A DNA stretch of 64,000 bases, from NCBI RefSeq assembly GCF_000143415.4, contig NW_003314381.1:186001-250000 (forward strand), in the 5' to 3' direction. Below are positions 1 to 13,100 of this stretch, in pieces. The position numbers and the translations under genes were made by a program. The first letter of the stretch is position 1; each line of letters starts with the position of its first letter. The notes under the pieces were generated by a model. The model searched no databases. It saw only the letters and a program-made list of their open reading frames with translations, and was not told the origin of the DNA. Source of the stretch: Selaginella moellendorffii (taxonomy: Eukaryota > Plantae > Lycopodiophyta).

Positions 1-3000
1 CCCGGGCCAGTCCAGTTGGAAGGATTGAATTCTTCGTCGCGTATGTATTCCTGCAAGGCAACGTTGAACATTTACACTACAGGAAGAAAGATCGCGCATA
101 CCGCAATGCCAGATGATTTTGCCAACTGATGTAGCGCTGCATTACAAGTAGCGCGAGACCTTCTCGCACTGAGCTGGCCTTCGTGTTTCTTATCGTAGAC
201 CAGGAACAGCTTTTGAGTCACGACGTATTTGAGAAACGAGTCCCCTAGAAGCTCCAAACTCTCATATGAGAACTCTTCGTGACATTTTTTGCTGGTAATT
301 GCTTCGAGGATCTGGAAAACCATCTCACCACTAAGATGCATTTTCAAGGATAAAGATGAATACCTTCGCTGCAGGAATCCATGGCCACAGTGGTGAGCGC
401 AACTGTATGGCACAGACGGTCGAAGTAAACCGGTGAAGAAACGAAGGGACGAAGTATAGCGATCGAATTAGTCCGGACTTAATCTCTAGGCACAGGCACA
501 ACTCAGGTGGTAGCTCTACAAAACTTTCTTCTTGTCTAGAACCTGCAACATAAACTCCGACACTTTAAATTGTAATTTCTAAGAAAATATCGAGTTTTCA
601 CCATGATCACCTTCTTGTTCCTTGGGTCTTATGGGGAGATTATGAAAAGCATGCGTTGGCTTGGCTTTCAGCAATGGCTGCTCTGGAAGCCGTAACGTCC
701 TTTGATACCTGCAAAAACGTGAGCTTGGTGAGAGAATGTAGGCACAGGCTGCGATAGACGCTCACTTGTCTTTGTAATAATCTATGTACGTGAAGCCCCT
801 CTTCGGTAGTAGTGATGCCGCAGTAAAGTTCTCTAGAACCCCTGTGACACAGAAAAGCCTGCCATTGTGCACGGTAGCTACGACCATGTCCTGGAGCGCA
901 GAAGAATGTACGTAGCCATTAGCAGTGCAGAGCACGTCCGCGTGCGTCTTCTCCCCCACACCATCCCCATCCATTGGAGAAGATGGTGAGAAATTACTAC
1001 AAAGTGTCCTGTATACCCCCGCAGTCGCATGAACACTCGTCCAATCAATACTGTCGTTGTCATCATGCACAGGTAGCAGAAGAAACGCTTGAGATTTGTT
1101 CCAGAGGATTTCTTGAGGACTTCCCGAGCAGCGTGCCAAACGGTTGAAAGCTCCGTTGAGCAGTAGCTCTTGATATGCCTTGGCTGCCTTTACCTGTATC
1201 AGAAGAAAGACGTGCCTTTATCAATCGTGTCTCCTATTCTTAATGAACAAAATCCTTCGTACCTGATTGGCATCCAGCTGAATTGGCCCGACGCGATGCA
1301 CTCTAGCGTTGACAACTCTATTTCTTGAGAACAGGGTCACTTCAGAATCGGTTACTTCTGCGTCAATGACGCAATTTACCAGAAATCCAAAGTTCGAGTA
1401 TGTTCGTGATTCAGGTGGCTCAATCACGAAGCAGATTTTATAAAATTGCAACTGCACCCCTGACTCGTTAAACACCCAGCTTCCCTCGAAAATGAGTGGC
1501 TTTGCAGTCGAGAAGATCTCCTTGCGTTTTCCTGCAATCCACGCGTCATTAATGGCCTTGCAAACTTAATAGAATAGTCGAATACCTGATTCATTCTTCC
1601 GCATCGACTGGTCTTCTTCATCGAAATCGTCAACATCTGGGCAAAGCGTGTCAGGTCTAACTTCTCCCATGTCATAAAGTTTCCGGCAAGCTTGCAAACA
1701 CGCTGCTTTTTTCGCGAGCTGTTCTGTACGTCTCAGAGGACCTTCTACTGAACGCAGAGGAGCGTTGGGTGGAAATTCCACAGTGCAGACGAACGAATCT
1801 TTGAACGAAAACTTTGGTTTTGCATTGTAGTACCTGCGGCACAGAAGATGAGCATAAGAGAGATAGACGAAAGAAATACCTGTCACCAAGACGAGCACAA
1901 TACTCGTGAATGAAGCTCACGCTGTCCTGCGAACTTTTACAAGCACCTGATTCCACACGGAAAAACTCCAGGTCACCTTCTGGAGGCGCCTCTCTCGTAA
2001 TATCCATATAATTTCGGAAGATTACTTGATCTTCCACCACTCTCTCGCTTGTACACAACTGGTTAAACAGGTTCAGCTGCTCTACATTCCCCCTGTACGT
2101 ATCAGATCCATGTTTAGAATGCAATTACAAAGGACGAACTATTTACGTTTCCAGAAGCCATACATAAGTTGATGATAATCGGTTTCGAGCACGTCCTCGG
2201 GATTGAACATGGCTTCGCAAAGTTTGGCATACGTCAAATCTGATTACAGCGCAGCATGCCTGGACATCAAGACCTTCTTCTGCAACTGAGGTCGCTATTA
2301 GCAGATTAAGCTACAAGATATACAAGGAACGTTACACATAAAAAGCGTAAGAACTACCAACCTTGCCACCTGCAAAAGCGTCTAGGACCTCCTGCTGCTG
2401 GGTTGGATTTCTTGCATCCGTGTCACGCACACCAGTCATATAATCACAACGGAGATGAGAAAGAAACGAAAGCCGAGATATGAGCTTGGCTAAGGCCATG
2501 GCCACAATCACACGTTCCACAAAGACAATGCAACGCATGTTTGTAATGCCCCTGAAACATGATATAAGAAAAACTTCCAGGGAGGGCAAAACTAACCTCA
2601 ATCTTTCAAGCACATCCAATAGTACCAGTACTTTCGGGCTTAATGTTCCTGAAGTCATTTCCTCTAGAGTCGGATAAGAGCGTGAAGATACTGATTGTGT
2701 GCTTGAACGGTTTAGACAAACAAAAACAAAAACAGAAAAGAAAAGAAAAGAGAGATACGAACCTTGAGAAAACCTTGGTATTGAAGAAACATTTTGTAAG
2801 AAACGCTCTTTCAAGCTCGTTTTCACCTCCTCCTCCTCCAACGAGACATCTGGCTTCCATTTTGAATGGAAAGTACTTTTGTTGCGATTCTGGAGTATCT
2901 CCACTGCCTGCAGAAATACACATTTCTAATACAACACATATGTTATGTGATTACCAGAAGCGCAGGTAGAAGGCCCAGGTCTACGAGGCAGTGGTTTATG

Positions 3001-4219
3001 CTCAGATGAAGTCTGTCAATAGATTTTTTGATTTTGTTCTGCAGCTCATAGTCGCTACAGTTACACGCAGCTTCAGAATTTAGCTGTAGTTCAAAGTGAG
3101 AAATAAGAATTACATAAAAAATTAGGGGGAACTTACGCGGTCTTTTAGTATTTCTAGCTCAGTCTGTATACTGGAGAACCTTTGTTTCGGTCTGTCATAG
3201 TACTCCTTATATTGTGTCGGATTCGGATAATACTCTTCTACTTCGGACTTATCTTCCACTGTGTACACCTAACCATGACGTGAGAAAAAGTCATTCTCCA
3301 ACATATAACTAAAACCTTCGCATCCAGAATGCTTTCTAAGACCGTTAATTTACGATTGCAGTCATAACTTGATGATACACCTGAAATATTTCCTCGAGTA
3401 AGAGTTATAAACAGGAAACACAGAAACAACAGTGTTACGGCACCTTTCTGAATAACAGGAGAAGCTGTCATTCCAAATATCTTTGGCTTTGATTTGAGAC
3501 AAGAAACGTGGTAGTGCGTCTGGGTATAAAGCAGCATAAGAAACAGGCTACAGACGAAAAATTTCACCTTCATAATCAGCGCGTATGGATGATTCTTGTG
3601 GGCGTGATGACACTCGTCCATGACAAGGACCTCCACAAACTCGAGCTTCAGCGCAGAAGTCCCGAGCGCATTTAAAAACACCTGAGGCGTCATCACCAGA
3701 ACCTGTAGACAAAATCCATAAGAAAACAACGAAAAGATTGTGATCGAAGACGCTCACTTGATGAGAATCCACCTCCGCCTGCCATTGATTGACGCTCCAA
3801 GAATCGACTCCCTTGTCACCGTAGTAGTCACCGACCTTGAGCACCGTAAAGGATTCTATAGCTCGAGCTTGCTATGAAAGAAGAAGAGCAAAAAAGTTAC
3901 AGTCTAAAGAATTGGAGAACTCACGAAGAAGAACAATACCTGGATCACCAAATTCACCGTTGGAGCTAGAAACACCGCAATTCGCTTCTCCTGGGGCATG
4001 GACAGCCTCTCCTCGAAGCTCTGGATGAGCATGATCGCGATCATCGTCTTCCCCGTTCCAGTGCCGAGATTGACGATGATATTCTCCTTCAATGCCCTCT
4101 GGAACACATCTTTCTGGTAGCTGCAACGCCATTTCCTCTCGAATCAGGCAGAATGTAGGCTACTAGATCGTCTCTTACCCGCGCGGGATCATCGTCTTGG
4201 CCCGCTTCGCGCAATCCAT
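1..4219 (-). CDS. Dicer-like protein, DCL3-like (DExD helicase, helicase-C, DUF283, PAZ, RNase IIIa); multi-exon, 3' end lies outside the window
   Basis: ATG at 4219 (MDCAKRAKTMIPRG). Motifs LGTGTGKT, MDECHHA, GMTASP, IATSVAEEGLDV, QSRGRAR. DUF283 SVSFIHEYCARL...AKKAACLQAC. RNase III ITSKKC...ESLELLGDSFLKY. GT-AG introns throughout. Confidence 0.93.
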
Positions 4220-4505
4220 GACGCCAAAAGCCCCTGTTTGAAAAACCCTAGCCTAGTGCCAAACAACTTTGCCTTTAAAATGGGTTTTTAATTGTGTTTC
4301 GTTCTCGCCAAGGAAAAAAGAACCAGCCAATGGTGGCGATCATCGATCGATCATCTTCTCTCTCTCTCTCTCTCTCACTCCTGGTCTTGGGCACCACTAG
4401 AAAATCTACAGGGCATAAGAGCTTTCTTTTGTACAAATTTGGAGGAGACCCTCTCCCTCTCTCTCACTCGAGACGATCGTTTGATAAGAGGCGGTATCAA
4501 ATCGA

Positions 4506-5691
4506 TCACCTGGTGCTGACGCGAAGAATCGGCTGCGCCACCGCGGGAGTGAGGATGCTGGAACAAAACTCCTCCCAGGATTTCTGGTTTTGATCGTCGG
4601 AGTCACTGCCACTGCTGCTGCTGCTCGTCTCGGAGAGATTGGAGCTCACGTCCGGCTGTTGCTGGAAGGCCGAGTGGAGCTCCACGACCAACTTACGAGC
4701 GGATTCGCGAGCCTCGGGGAGCTGGTCGATGAGCTGCGCAGCGGCGATTTGCATCAAAGCTTCCAAGCCATAGTCCCTGATGCCTTCGGCGCCCTGGAGG
4801 AAACAAGGAAAATGTGAGAAACTTTCGATCGAATCCATGAAGATCTCGAGCAACTTACGAGCTTGGCGACGCTCTTGGAGATACATGTTGCCGACTTTGC
4901 ACGGACGCGGGGGTTCTTGTGCGTCGTATACGGCTGGAGCTTGTGGATCAAAGAGACGGGCGATATCCAGGTAGTCATTCCCAAGAGAGCCTTTTCGGCT
5001 TCCTCGCAAACGAATTTCTTGTCTTGTGATGCTTTGAGCAATAGTTGGAGCAACTGGATCACAGAAAAAAATAAAGGACCAAAAGCTTAGAACCAGTGAC
5101 CCATGAAACTATCTGCCTATGCATGGCGAGAAGGGAAAAAAAAGAGGGCAAGGAGAAAAAAAGTACCAGAGGATCGAGCATTTCGAGCACTTGATCTTGA
5201 AACGCCTGGAACAAATCCGAGCATGCCATAATCGCCGTCTTGCACAGCGCGCTGCGAGGATTCTTCACGGCCTTCAAGACTAGGGTCATGACATTCTCCC
5301 TGCGGCGGCGGCATCGATCATCAATCCACCAGTCCGAAATATCAGATCTAGAACCACTCACAGCACGGGGAGGAGCAAATCCGACTGGAAGATGGAGATC
5401 TGGCGCACTTGATTCAGCGCCGCGCACACGGTGAGCCAATCTCCGGAGCCGAGCCTTGCTGCCAGGGTCTGCCACCAGCAATGCCGTGAGCAAGAATGCA
5501 CATCCCCATAGATCTGCGCCATAGAACCCTACCTTGAGCTGCGTCTCGGGATCTTTGAGCGGCTTGAGATCCCTGGAAAGAATGTACTCCACTTCTTGCA
5601 CTGGCGGCCGATTCTCATCGTTGATCTTGCCTAGAACCGCTGGCGCTTGCTGCTGCTGCTGATTCTTCTTGACGATTCCTCCAGCCATCAT
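4506..5691 (-). CDS. TOG/CLASP N-terminal-like ARM-repeat protein (FAM179/TOGARAM-like plant family)
   Basis: Spliced pieces EVEYILSRDLKPL, KAVKNPRSALCKTAIMA, QLLLKASQDKKFVCEEAEKAL, HKNPRVRAK, QLIDQLPEARESAR. Confidence 0.85.
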
Positions 5692-5979
5692 CTGGCGGCA
5701 ACGATCACTGGACCGACCAAAGCGCCAAACCCAAAAGAAGAAGAAGAAGAACAAAAAAATGGGGTTTTCTCTTTTTTTCCTCTCGTCCTTCTCTCTTCAC
5801 GGCCGCCTTATCTTCAACGGCGAGCTAGGGAATATTACGACGGGCGCCCGTCAAGATGCCGGCCGACGTGACGTCCCACCGTTGGAGTGATGTCCTCCAC
5901 GTGGCACTGCTCGTGGTGGGAATCGAACGCGAGACCTTTATAAGCTCGAGATTGAGTTAAAATTTTTTGACACGTCTAC

Positions 5980-6764
5980 CTAGTCGAGATTAACGTTCTT
6001 CACCCCGCACTGCTTGCTCACGAGCTGCTGTTGCCGCGGGCTCACAGCGATCTCGCAAGAAATCCCCACCTGGAAGAAGAAGCCAGTGAGAATCTCTCGA
6101 TCGATCGCGACCAATCGAGCGATCGATCGGTCAATTGAGCGAGAGAAGAAGAAGAAATCGTAAGACGAAGTTAGCCCAAGAACCCTAAAAAACTGACCTC
6201 GATCCGGGGCGTCTGGATTCCCAGCACGACGATCCTCGCCGGGATCTTCCCGCGCAGATCCAGCTTCACAATCCCGCTGGCCGCGTCCTGGAGCAGATCC
6301 TCCGCCGTCGCCTGGAGCACATTGACCCTGTCCACGACGATCGACGCCCGGACGAGCCCGCTGCTGCGCGCCGGCTGATAGAACGCTGGAGCCACCGCCA
6401 ATCCCACGAAATTCCGCCTGTAGTAGATGTAGATCCGCGTCGCCGAGTACCTGATCCCGACCTTGTTGGGATTGTGCGCCGCCAGCGTGAGCTCCAGATC
6501 CATGGACAGCAGCACCGCCATGCCGCTAGTGGTGAGCGGCGCGGGCTGCTCGACGCGAAACGAGACAATGCGCGCGTCCTGGAGGGAGAAATCTGGCCGC
6601 CTGGGGCGCAGGACGAGGAAGAGGACGAGCGCGACGATCGCCGCTAGGACGACGACGAGGAGGAATCCAATGCAGCAGCATCGCCGGCACGCCCTGGATC
6701 GATCGTAATCGTCGTAGTAGTCGTGATGGAGATGGAGCTTGCGCCGGCCACTAGCGCTTCTCAT
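5980..6764 (-). CDS. LEA_2 / NDR1-HIN1-like membrane protein (2 exons)
   Basis: N-terminal TM helix followed by LRPRRPDF, HNPNKVGIRY, PAFYQP. Second exon VGISCEIAVSPRQQQLVSKQC ends at TAG 5980. Confidence 0.9.
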
Positions 6765-7201
6765 TCTCTCTCCCTCTCGCGCGCGCGTTTCCCTCGTCTA
6801 AAAAAGAGAGCTCTCCTCTCTTTTGCTAAAGAGATTTCTTGGAAGGAAAAAACTACCTATGGAATTTATAGACAAGGACGATCCAAAGGTTTTTTTTCAG
6901 TGGAAGCTTTCATTTTCCTTTCAATCACTGTTTCCTCTATGCTTTGCCGCTTCACATTCCTTCGATTCGATCAAAAGATATAAACTTTTGCCCATGCGTG
7001 ATTCTTATGCTACACCAATCCAATAAGCCCAAGATCAAACAACGTACATATTCTCTAACCTTTGGTAATTCCCCGGACGTTTGGAGTTCCGATCTTCTTG
7101 AGGCAAAACGTTGAAGTGCTTGTAACTTTGACGAACAATTCCTTGTAGCTCTTCCCGAAGACGTGTGGTGGTACCAGATTCGAATTTATTTTTTGTTTGG
7201 T

Positions 7202-8383
7202 CTACTCCGAGTCACTGTCTTCATACGTCGTCGTGCGGATCCTTGTCTGTCCGTAGTCGTCTTCCACCTTTTTCTCTGGAACTATCAAGATCCCTGTCAC
7301 GAAACTCGAGGTTAGCAAGCAATCGAAGCTTAGAGACAAGCTTTGCTTACCTTTCTTGATCAGGAGCTTCTCGAGCGTCGCTGTGGGAAAATCGTCCACG
7401 CCTCCCAGTTCTTCAAACCCGACAATTCTCTCGCTTGCAATGCCGTTCCTGCGAGAGGCAAAAACGAGTGAGCTTTCCAGACATCCGGGACCGAAAATTC
7501 TGTTACCTGAATAAGATGACGCACGGCAGCGTCTTGATCTTGAGCTTTGAAACGAAGAATGGACATTTCTGTACGGGGATAAATGAATCAAGGAACTGAC
7601 CGACAGGAACGAAAAACCTCACCTCCGCATCCACCATAATGAATTTTGTCTCAAAGTGTTTGGGAGCTAGAGCTTTCAGGTGCTTGTTGATGATCCTGTG
7701 TACAGCAGCATTACAGAGTTAAAGCTTCCACCGAGAAAAAAAATTCTCTCTGCAACTTACTTGCAGCGGAAGAACTCGCGATGGTAAAAGTGACACACAA
7801 CCTTGTCACTGCCAGTAACTTCTCCGAGAAAATCTTCTTCGGCTACCTGAAGAACACATCTCGAAAACCAAAAATCTCAAAACTAATGGAATGAAGCTCT
7901 TGCTTTTACCTCTCTGTACTCTCCATGTCCCTGCCTTTGCAAAACTTGCCTCTTCTCAGCTTCCCTCTACAAAAACCAAAGAAACAAAATCTCTCAGAGT
8001 AACTCGAAAGAAACAAACAAGCAAACCTTGAGTGATGCAATCCTATCGGCATGGAGCCGCTCCAGCTCTGGATCCTGAAAACAATGAAGTAAACCACGGC
8101 AAAGAGCTCCATCAAAAACTCACATCCATGAGCTCGTCCAGATCTACTTCCGGCGCCGCCTCCTTCGTCGATTGCTTCTCTGCCGCCAGCATTTCCTGGC
8201 CATGAGCGCACAATCCTTGAGAACAAGGTTCCACAAAACCTCGCTCCCCTGGAAATATTTCCAGGCTACATTCTCTCTCTCATCGGCGGCGATGCCTACC
8301 TTCTTGTAATCCCGCGCCGCAGCTCCCATGGCGGATCCAAACGCCAGGTCGGAGAGCGTCGATCCAAACTTGCTGGGATCCAT
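7202..8383 (-). CDS. PLP3: Phosducin-like protein 3 / thioredoxin domain-containing protein 9 homolog
   Basis: N-terminus MDPSKFGSTLSDLAFGSAMGAAARDYKK; internal exons VVCHFYHREFFRC and IVGFEELGGVDDFPT; C-terminus DSDSE. Confidence 0.92.
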
Positions 8384-8472
8384 AGCTGCGAAGAACAGAG
8401 CTTCTCCCCAACAAAACAAGAAGATTAGGGCTCACAGACCTAACGGGTGTGGGATATTCCTATAGAAGAATT

Positions 8473-8963
8473 ATGGAGCAGCGGGCGCCATCGCTGCTGG
8501 AGCTGAGCACCGAGTGCGCTGTGCGCAATATCCAGCGGTTGCCATCGCTCGGATCCATTCCAGATCACATCGTGCTTCACTTATTCCGCGTAAGTCATTC
8601 TCGATCTAGGGATTTCTCGTCCTCCGTCCTTTGATGTCTAGGATTCCTTCCATGGGATTTTCTCATTCTGGATTCACTCCTATTTTCTAGATTGATGAGA
8701 ACCATTCCTGTTATTTGAATCTTTCCATTGTAGCGATTTTGAGCAATCGATTGTCATTGTTCTTTAGAGAACTCTAGAGTGTGGGAAGCTAACCGAGGGA
8801 GTGTTACAATTGTTCCTGGCCACGGGTCACAAACAAATCCAGGACTTTGTGGCGCAACACATCCATCCAGTTTTAGAGCCTATTCTCCCAACAAGTAAAA
8901 AATCATAGCTTCTTTTCTTCTGTGTTTCTTATACCGAGCTTTCCAGGATGCTCAGATCGGTGA
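8473..8963 (+). CDS. 86-aa uncharacterised protein with a BC-box/cullin-box-like N-terminus (3 exons: 8473-8589, 8768-8894, 8947-8963)
   Basis: Frame-consistent GT-AG splicing gives MEQRAPSLLELSTECAVRNIQRLPSLGSIPDHIVLHLFRRTLECGKLTEGVLQLFLATGHKQIQDFVAQHIHPVLEPILPTRCSDR. Confidence 0.75.
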
Positions 8964-9562
8964 CTAGTATTTTGTATAACCGACGGAACTATTTTTCTTG
9001 CTTGTATAAAAAGAGGTTTGTTTATTCATTTTTTCTAAGCTAGAGTGCTGAAGATCTGAATTTCTAGTTTTGTTGATGTGAATCAATCAGAAGAAAAAAA
9101 TTCATATCAAGAAGGTAATAATTACTTTTCAACTTTTTAATTTTGTATGGATATTTGTAAATTATATTATATTTTATTCTCCAAGTACGATAAAGTTTTA
9201 TTATCCTCTCAATTAATATGGTTTTTCAAATATCAAAATCACACTACATGCTTATTAAGGGTTGTTATTGACTTTGGCTGGACATCCTCATCCATCCAAA
9301 TAATTCTAATCCAGATTAATAGTAAACTGGAAAGAAAGAAATAAACTGATTAATTACTCAATTGTATAAAATATTGCTCATGATTGATAATATATCACTA
9401 TGATGGTACTTGCATTGCTGTCTAATATAAGAATAAATCATTTTTTAAAAATTTGTTATTATGGTAGATTTATGGCACTTTAGTTTAAGAAAATTAAAAA
9501 ATAATTCATAACTTGTTAGAAAATTATTTCAAGTAGATTTTATTGTGATTAGAATGAGATTA

Positions 9563-9988
9563 TTATTTATATATAAATTTAAAAGCAAAGAAATCAACTG
9601 TACTATGATCAATGTATTGATAGCAACCTATAAATGACCAATTATTCCATCCATAATCACCTTTTGTTTTATATTTTGCAAAACCTAGGAAAACTATTAA
9701 TTTATAAAGCTCATCTTTTACATAAAAATCTACAATTTCTTGTATATAAAAATCTACAATTTCTAATATAGGATTTGGATCTTTTTGATCTTCAAACAAT
9801 AAGACTTTTCTATAAATAAAAACATTTACATCTCTCCCATAATTATTATAGGATACAGTTAAAACATAATTTATAAATTTTTCCCAATCATAAGTGCTTA
9901 AACCAAAATTTAAAAGATGAAAAAACCAAAAATAAAGAAATAAATTATAATGTGATAATACAATTAGGAGCAAGAATCAATGCCCCAT
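9563..9988 (-). pseudogene. Probable pseudogene of a small secreted protein carrying a GDxGWxNWxFxG motif, inside an AT-rich island
   Basis: ATG 9988 reads M-G-H-stop(TGA), then a hydrophobic leader and 136 open codons ending KGDYGWNNWSFIGCYQYIDHSTVDF. In-frame 24-bp tandem duplication at 9722-9764. Confidence 0.55.
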
Positions 9989-10193
9989 ACAAGATTAATT
10001 TTGAAGTGAAGTGAAGCACACTTGGCTAAACAAGCACTAACTTTGGGAAATGGCTATACACAACTTTCGATTATGTACGGAGCGGAGTGGAACCAGTTTT
10101 TCCCATGTGTATAATACAAAAAAAAACCACCACCTTCTCAAGAATCCTAGAGTCTTTCAAGGAAAAAAAGAGAGAGAGAGAAATGGAAAATGG

Positions 10194-13100
10194 TCACCTT
10201 GTCGCCGATGTCGCTGCCACCTTCTTCTCTACATCCTGCGAGGCTTTCTTCGGCTTAGCCTTGCTTCTCGGCTTGGCCTCTTTCGCAGCATCGCTGGTTG
10301 GAGTTTCCTTGGCTACTTTGGAAGGCTTTGGTGGCTTCATCTCATCACCAGCTTGTCTCTGCGATTATCACTCGTTATATAAACTTGGCAAGAGGGACAC
10401 AGAAAAAATGTAAGCAAATCGACCTACCTTTTGTCCGGACTTCCTCCTGCTAGGCGTGGCTTTCTCCGGAAGCTTTTCGGAGTCTCCAGCACCCGCGGCG
10501 AGGTCGTCTTGCAGGGACACCACCTCATCAGCGTCGATTTGCACGACCTTCCTACTCACTTCATTCTTTTTACCTCTCGGCTTATCCTGCATGAAAGCAG
10601 TGGACAAACAGATGTTACGCTCAAGAGCTTTTAGAGTGTAGATATCTCACCGTTTGCTCCAGAGACTTCTGATGCTTTAATCGCTGCTCAAGCTCGGCAT
10701 CGTCCAACAGCAAAGATACCACTTCGTCGGCCTCGAACACGTCTTGAGATTGTCCTCCAGTCATCACAAGCTGCTGGACTGTGTTTTTCTGGTTTGCTCG
10801 CTTCACAATCTTCTCTTCGACTGTTCCTTTGCAAATTAGCCGGTAAACAGTCACCTGAAATGACAATGATTGTAAGTAAAACCAGAGTATACTAGAGGAA
10901 ACAACCTCCTTGGTTTGGCCAAGCCGATGAGCTCTGTCCATGGCCTGCAAATCCATAGTCGGGTTCCAGTCGCTCTCGTAGAAAATGACGGTGTCGGCTG
11001 CTGTCAAATTTATGCCAAGACCTCCGGCTCTTGTGCTCAGTAGGAATACAAAAATGTCAGACCTGCCACCAAACCCATCGGTATCAGAAATAATTTAGCA
11101 TGACCAAACCTGTGTTGGAAATCTTTAACCATGTCGCGTCGATCCATAATCGTGGATGATCCGTCCAACCGGAGGTACTTATACTTCCGGTACTTCATGT
11201 AGTCCTGCAAAATAGTTCCACATGTAAACCAGGAAACTCGAAAATGATTCCAAACCTCCAAAATGTTTAGCATCTTTGTCATTTGTGCAAAAACAAGGAC
11301 TCGATGTTCCTCAGCTCGTAGTCGCCTAAATAAGATGTCTAAAGCTTGTAGCTTCCCAGAGTCCTACATCAACAAATCGTAAAGTTACTACGTCTAACTT
11401 CTTCAAAAGATTACTTACCATGAGGGTCCGGGCAAAATCAATCGTCTGCAGAGGTGGCGCAGAACCAAAAATTTGGAAAGAGCTTGTCAGCAAGCAGTTT
11501 TGACCATGCACCTCTTTATCTATCTCTTGAATGAGAGGGTGCGGATCGAGTGGCATGGAAGGGCCATTAAACTCGGACGTGCGGCCAAAACCGACCAGAA
11601 GCCGCTTTATATATGGGTTGTGGAGCTCTTCCGCTCTTTGATATGCAAATGAACGATCCGAACACAACTCTTCAATCTGTAAGCAAATAAGTTACTTCAA
11701 GGACATGATAGCAGAGCCTTTGCATACCTGAGGAGCAAGCACTGGTGGAATAAACGCTTTCACAGAGCGAAGAAGCTGTGTGTTGCCAGTTAATCGTTCC
11801 TCCAAGGGAACAGCTAAAGCTTCGAAAGGCTCCAGAGTAAGACCGACAGCTCTTTTCCGCCGTAAAAGGCCAGACTCACTGGGAGTGCGTACCAGAAGTA
11901 GCCTCTTGATGGCTGTTACTCTTGGATCTGAATCGTCGTCATCATCTGGCAGAGCCGTCCGCGATTGCAGTACCCCATACTGACATCGTTCCAAGATAGT
12001 TGCGTTGCTCAAAAATGATACTTCAGAAGATGACGTGTTCATCAGCCTTGTAAAGCCAAATGAACCACTTGAAGACTGCCCAAAAGATACAGCTGATTTG
12101 TGAACATTTTCCGCAGAAAAAACGTTCATCAAATTAAACAACCATTTTTCTTGGAAGCCTTGGGCAGAACTACGCAAACTCGTGATACCATCTCGATAAA
12201 TAAGCTTGGGTATCTGTAAGAAAACCAGCAATTCTTTGAATGAAGATAATTCGTAACGTACCTTAAAAGCTATTGGATTGTGATTTCCAAAACAATACAA
12301 ATCCTCTAAATCCCCAAAGGCTGCCGGCAAGAGATGGTTAACACTTGCTGCAAAGTGAAAGTACGTGCGTCCTTCATTTCGTTCAAAAAGCTCGGGATGG
12401 TTGCAGACCTGGACACTAACGTAAGGCGGGCGAAATTCAGCTATACGTGCTCTTACCTTGCGTAGTTGAATTACTATATTCATAAGATTTACGACCTTCT
12501 TCTCGTTTAGATGGCCTCCGTCAAAAAGATCAGCTATAGAGATTTTGTTCTTCACAGCTTGATATATAGCTTGCTGACGAGAGCTAAGTAGGCAAGGCAC
12601 AACAACTTCCTTCTTTTTTGTCAGCTCGGAGACAACATCCTTTTTCACACGCCTTAACATAAACGGTTTTAGAATCGCATGCTGGAATCAGAAGTATCTT
12701 AGCATAATATGGCAACGAAAAGAAGAGACTCACCAATCTATTTAGCTGATGTTCATTTAAAGTACCTCCATGCTCTGCATGGTTCTCTATCCTGAGTCAG
12801 TGGCCCGTTAGTATAGACTATAACGATATTTTGCAAGAATCTTACCCTTTGGAAAACCATTCATTAAACTGTTCGTGACTATCAAAAAGCGTTGGCATAA
12901 TAAAATGAAGTAGCGCCCACAATTCTGCCATGTTATTTTGGATTGGCGTTCCAGTTAATAGTAAACGATTTCTGCAACTAAAACTCAACAGAATTTTCCA
13001 CCGCAAACTGAGTAGAAAGAACGTCAGGCATGAATTGTAGAAAAAATAAAACGACAAATTGAAAACCTGCTAGCACTTTTGATCGCTTGCGCTTCGTCAA

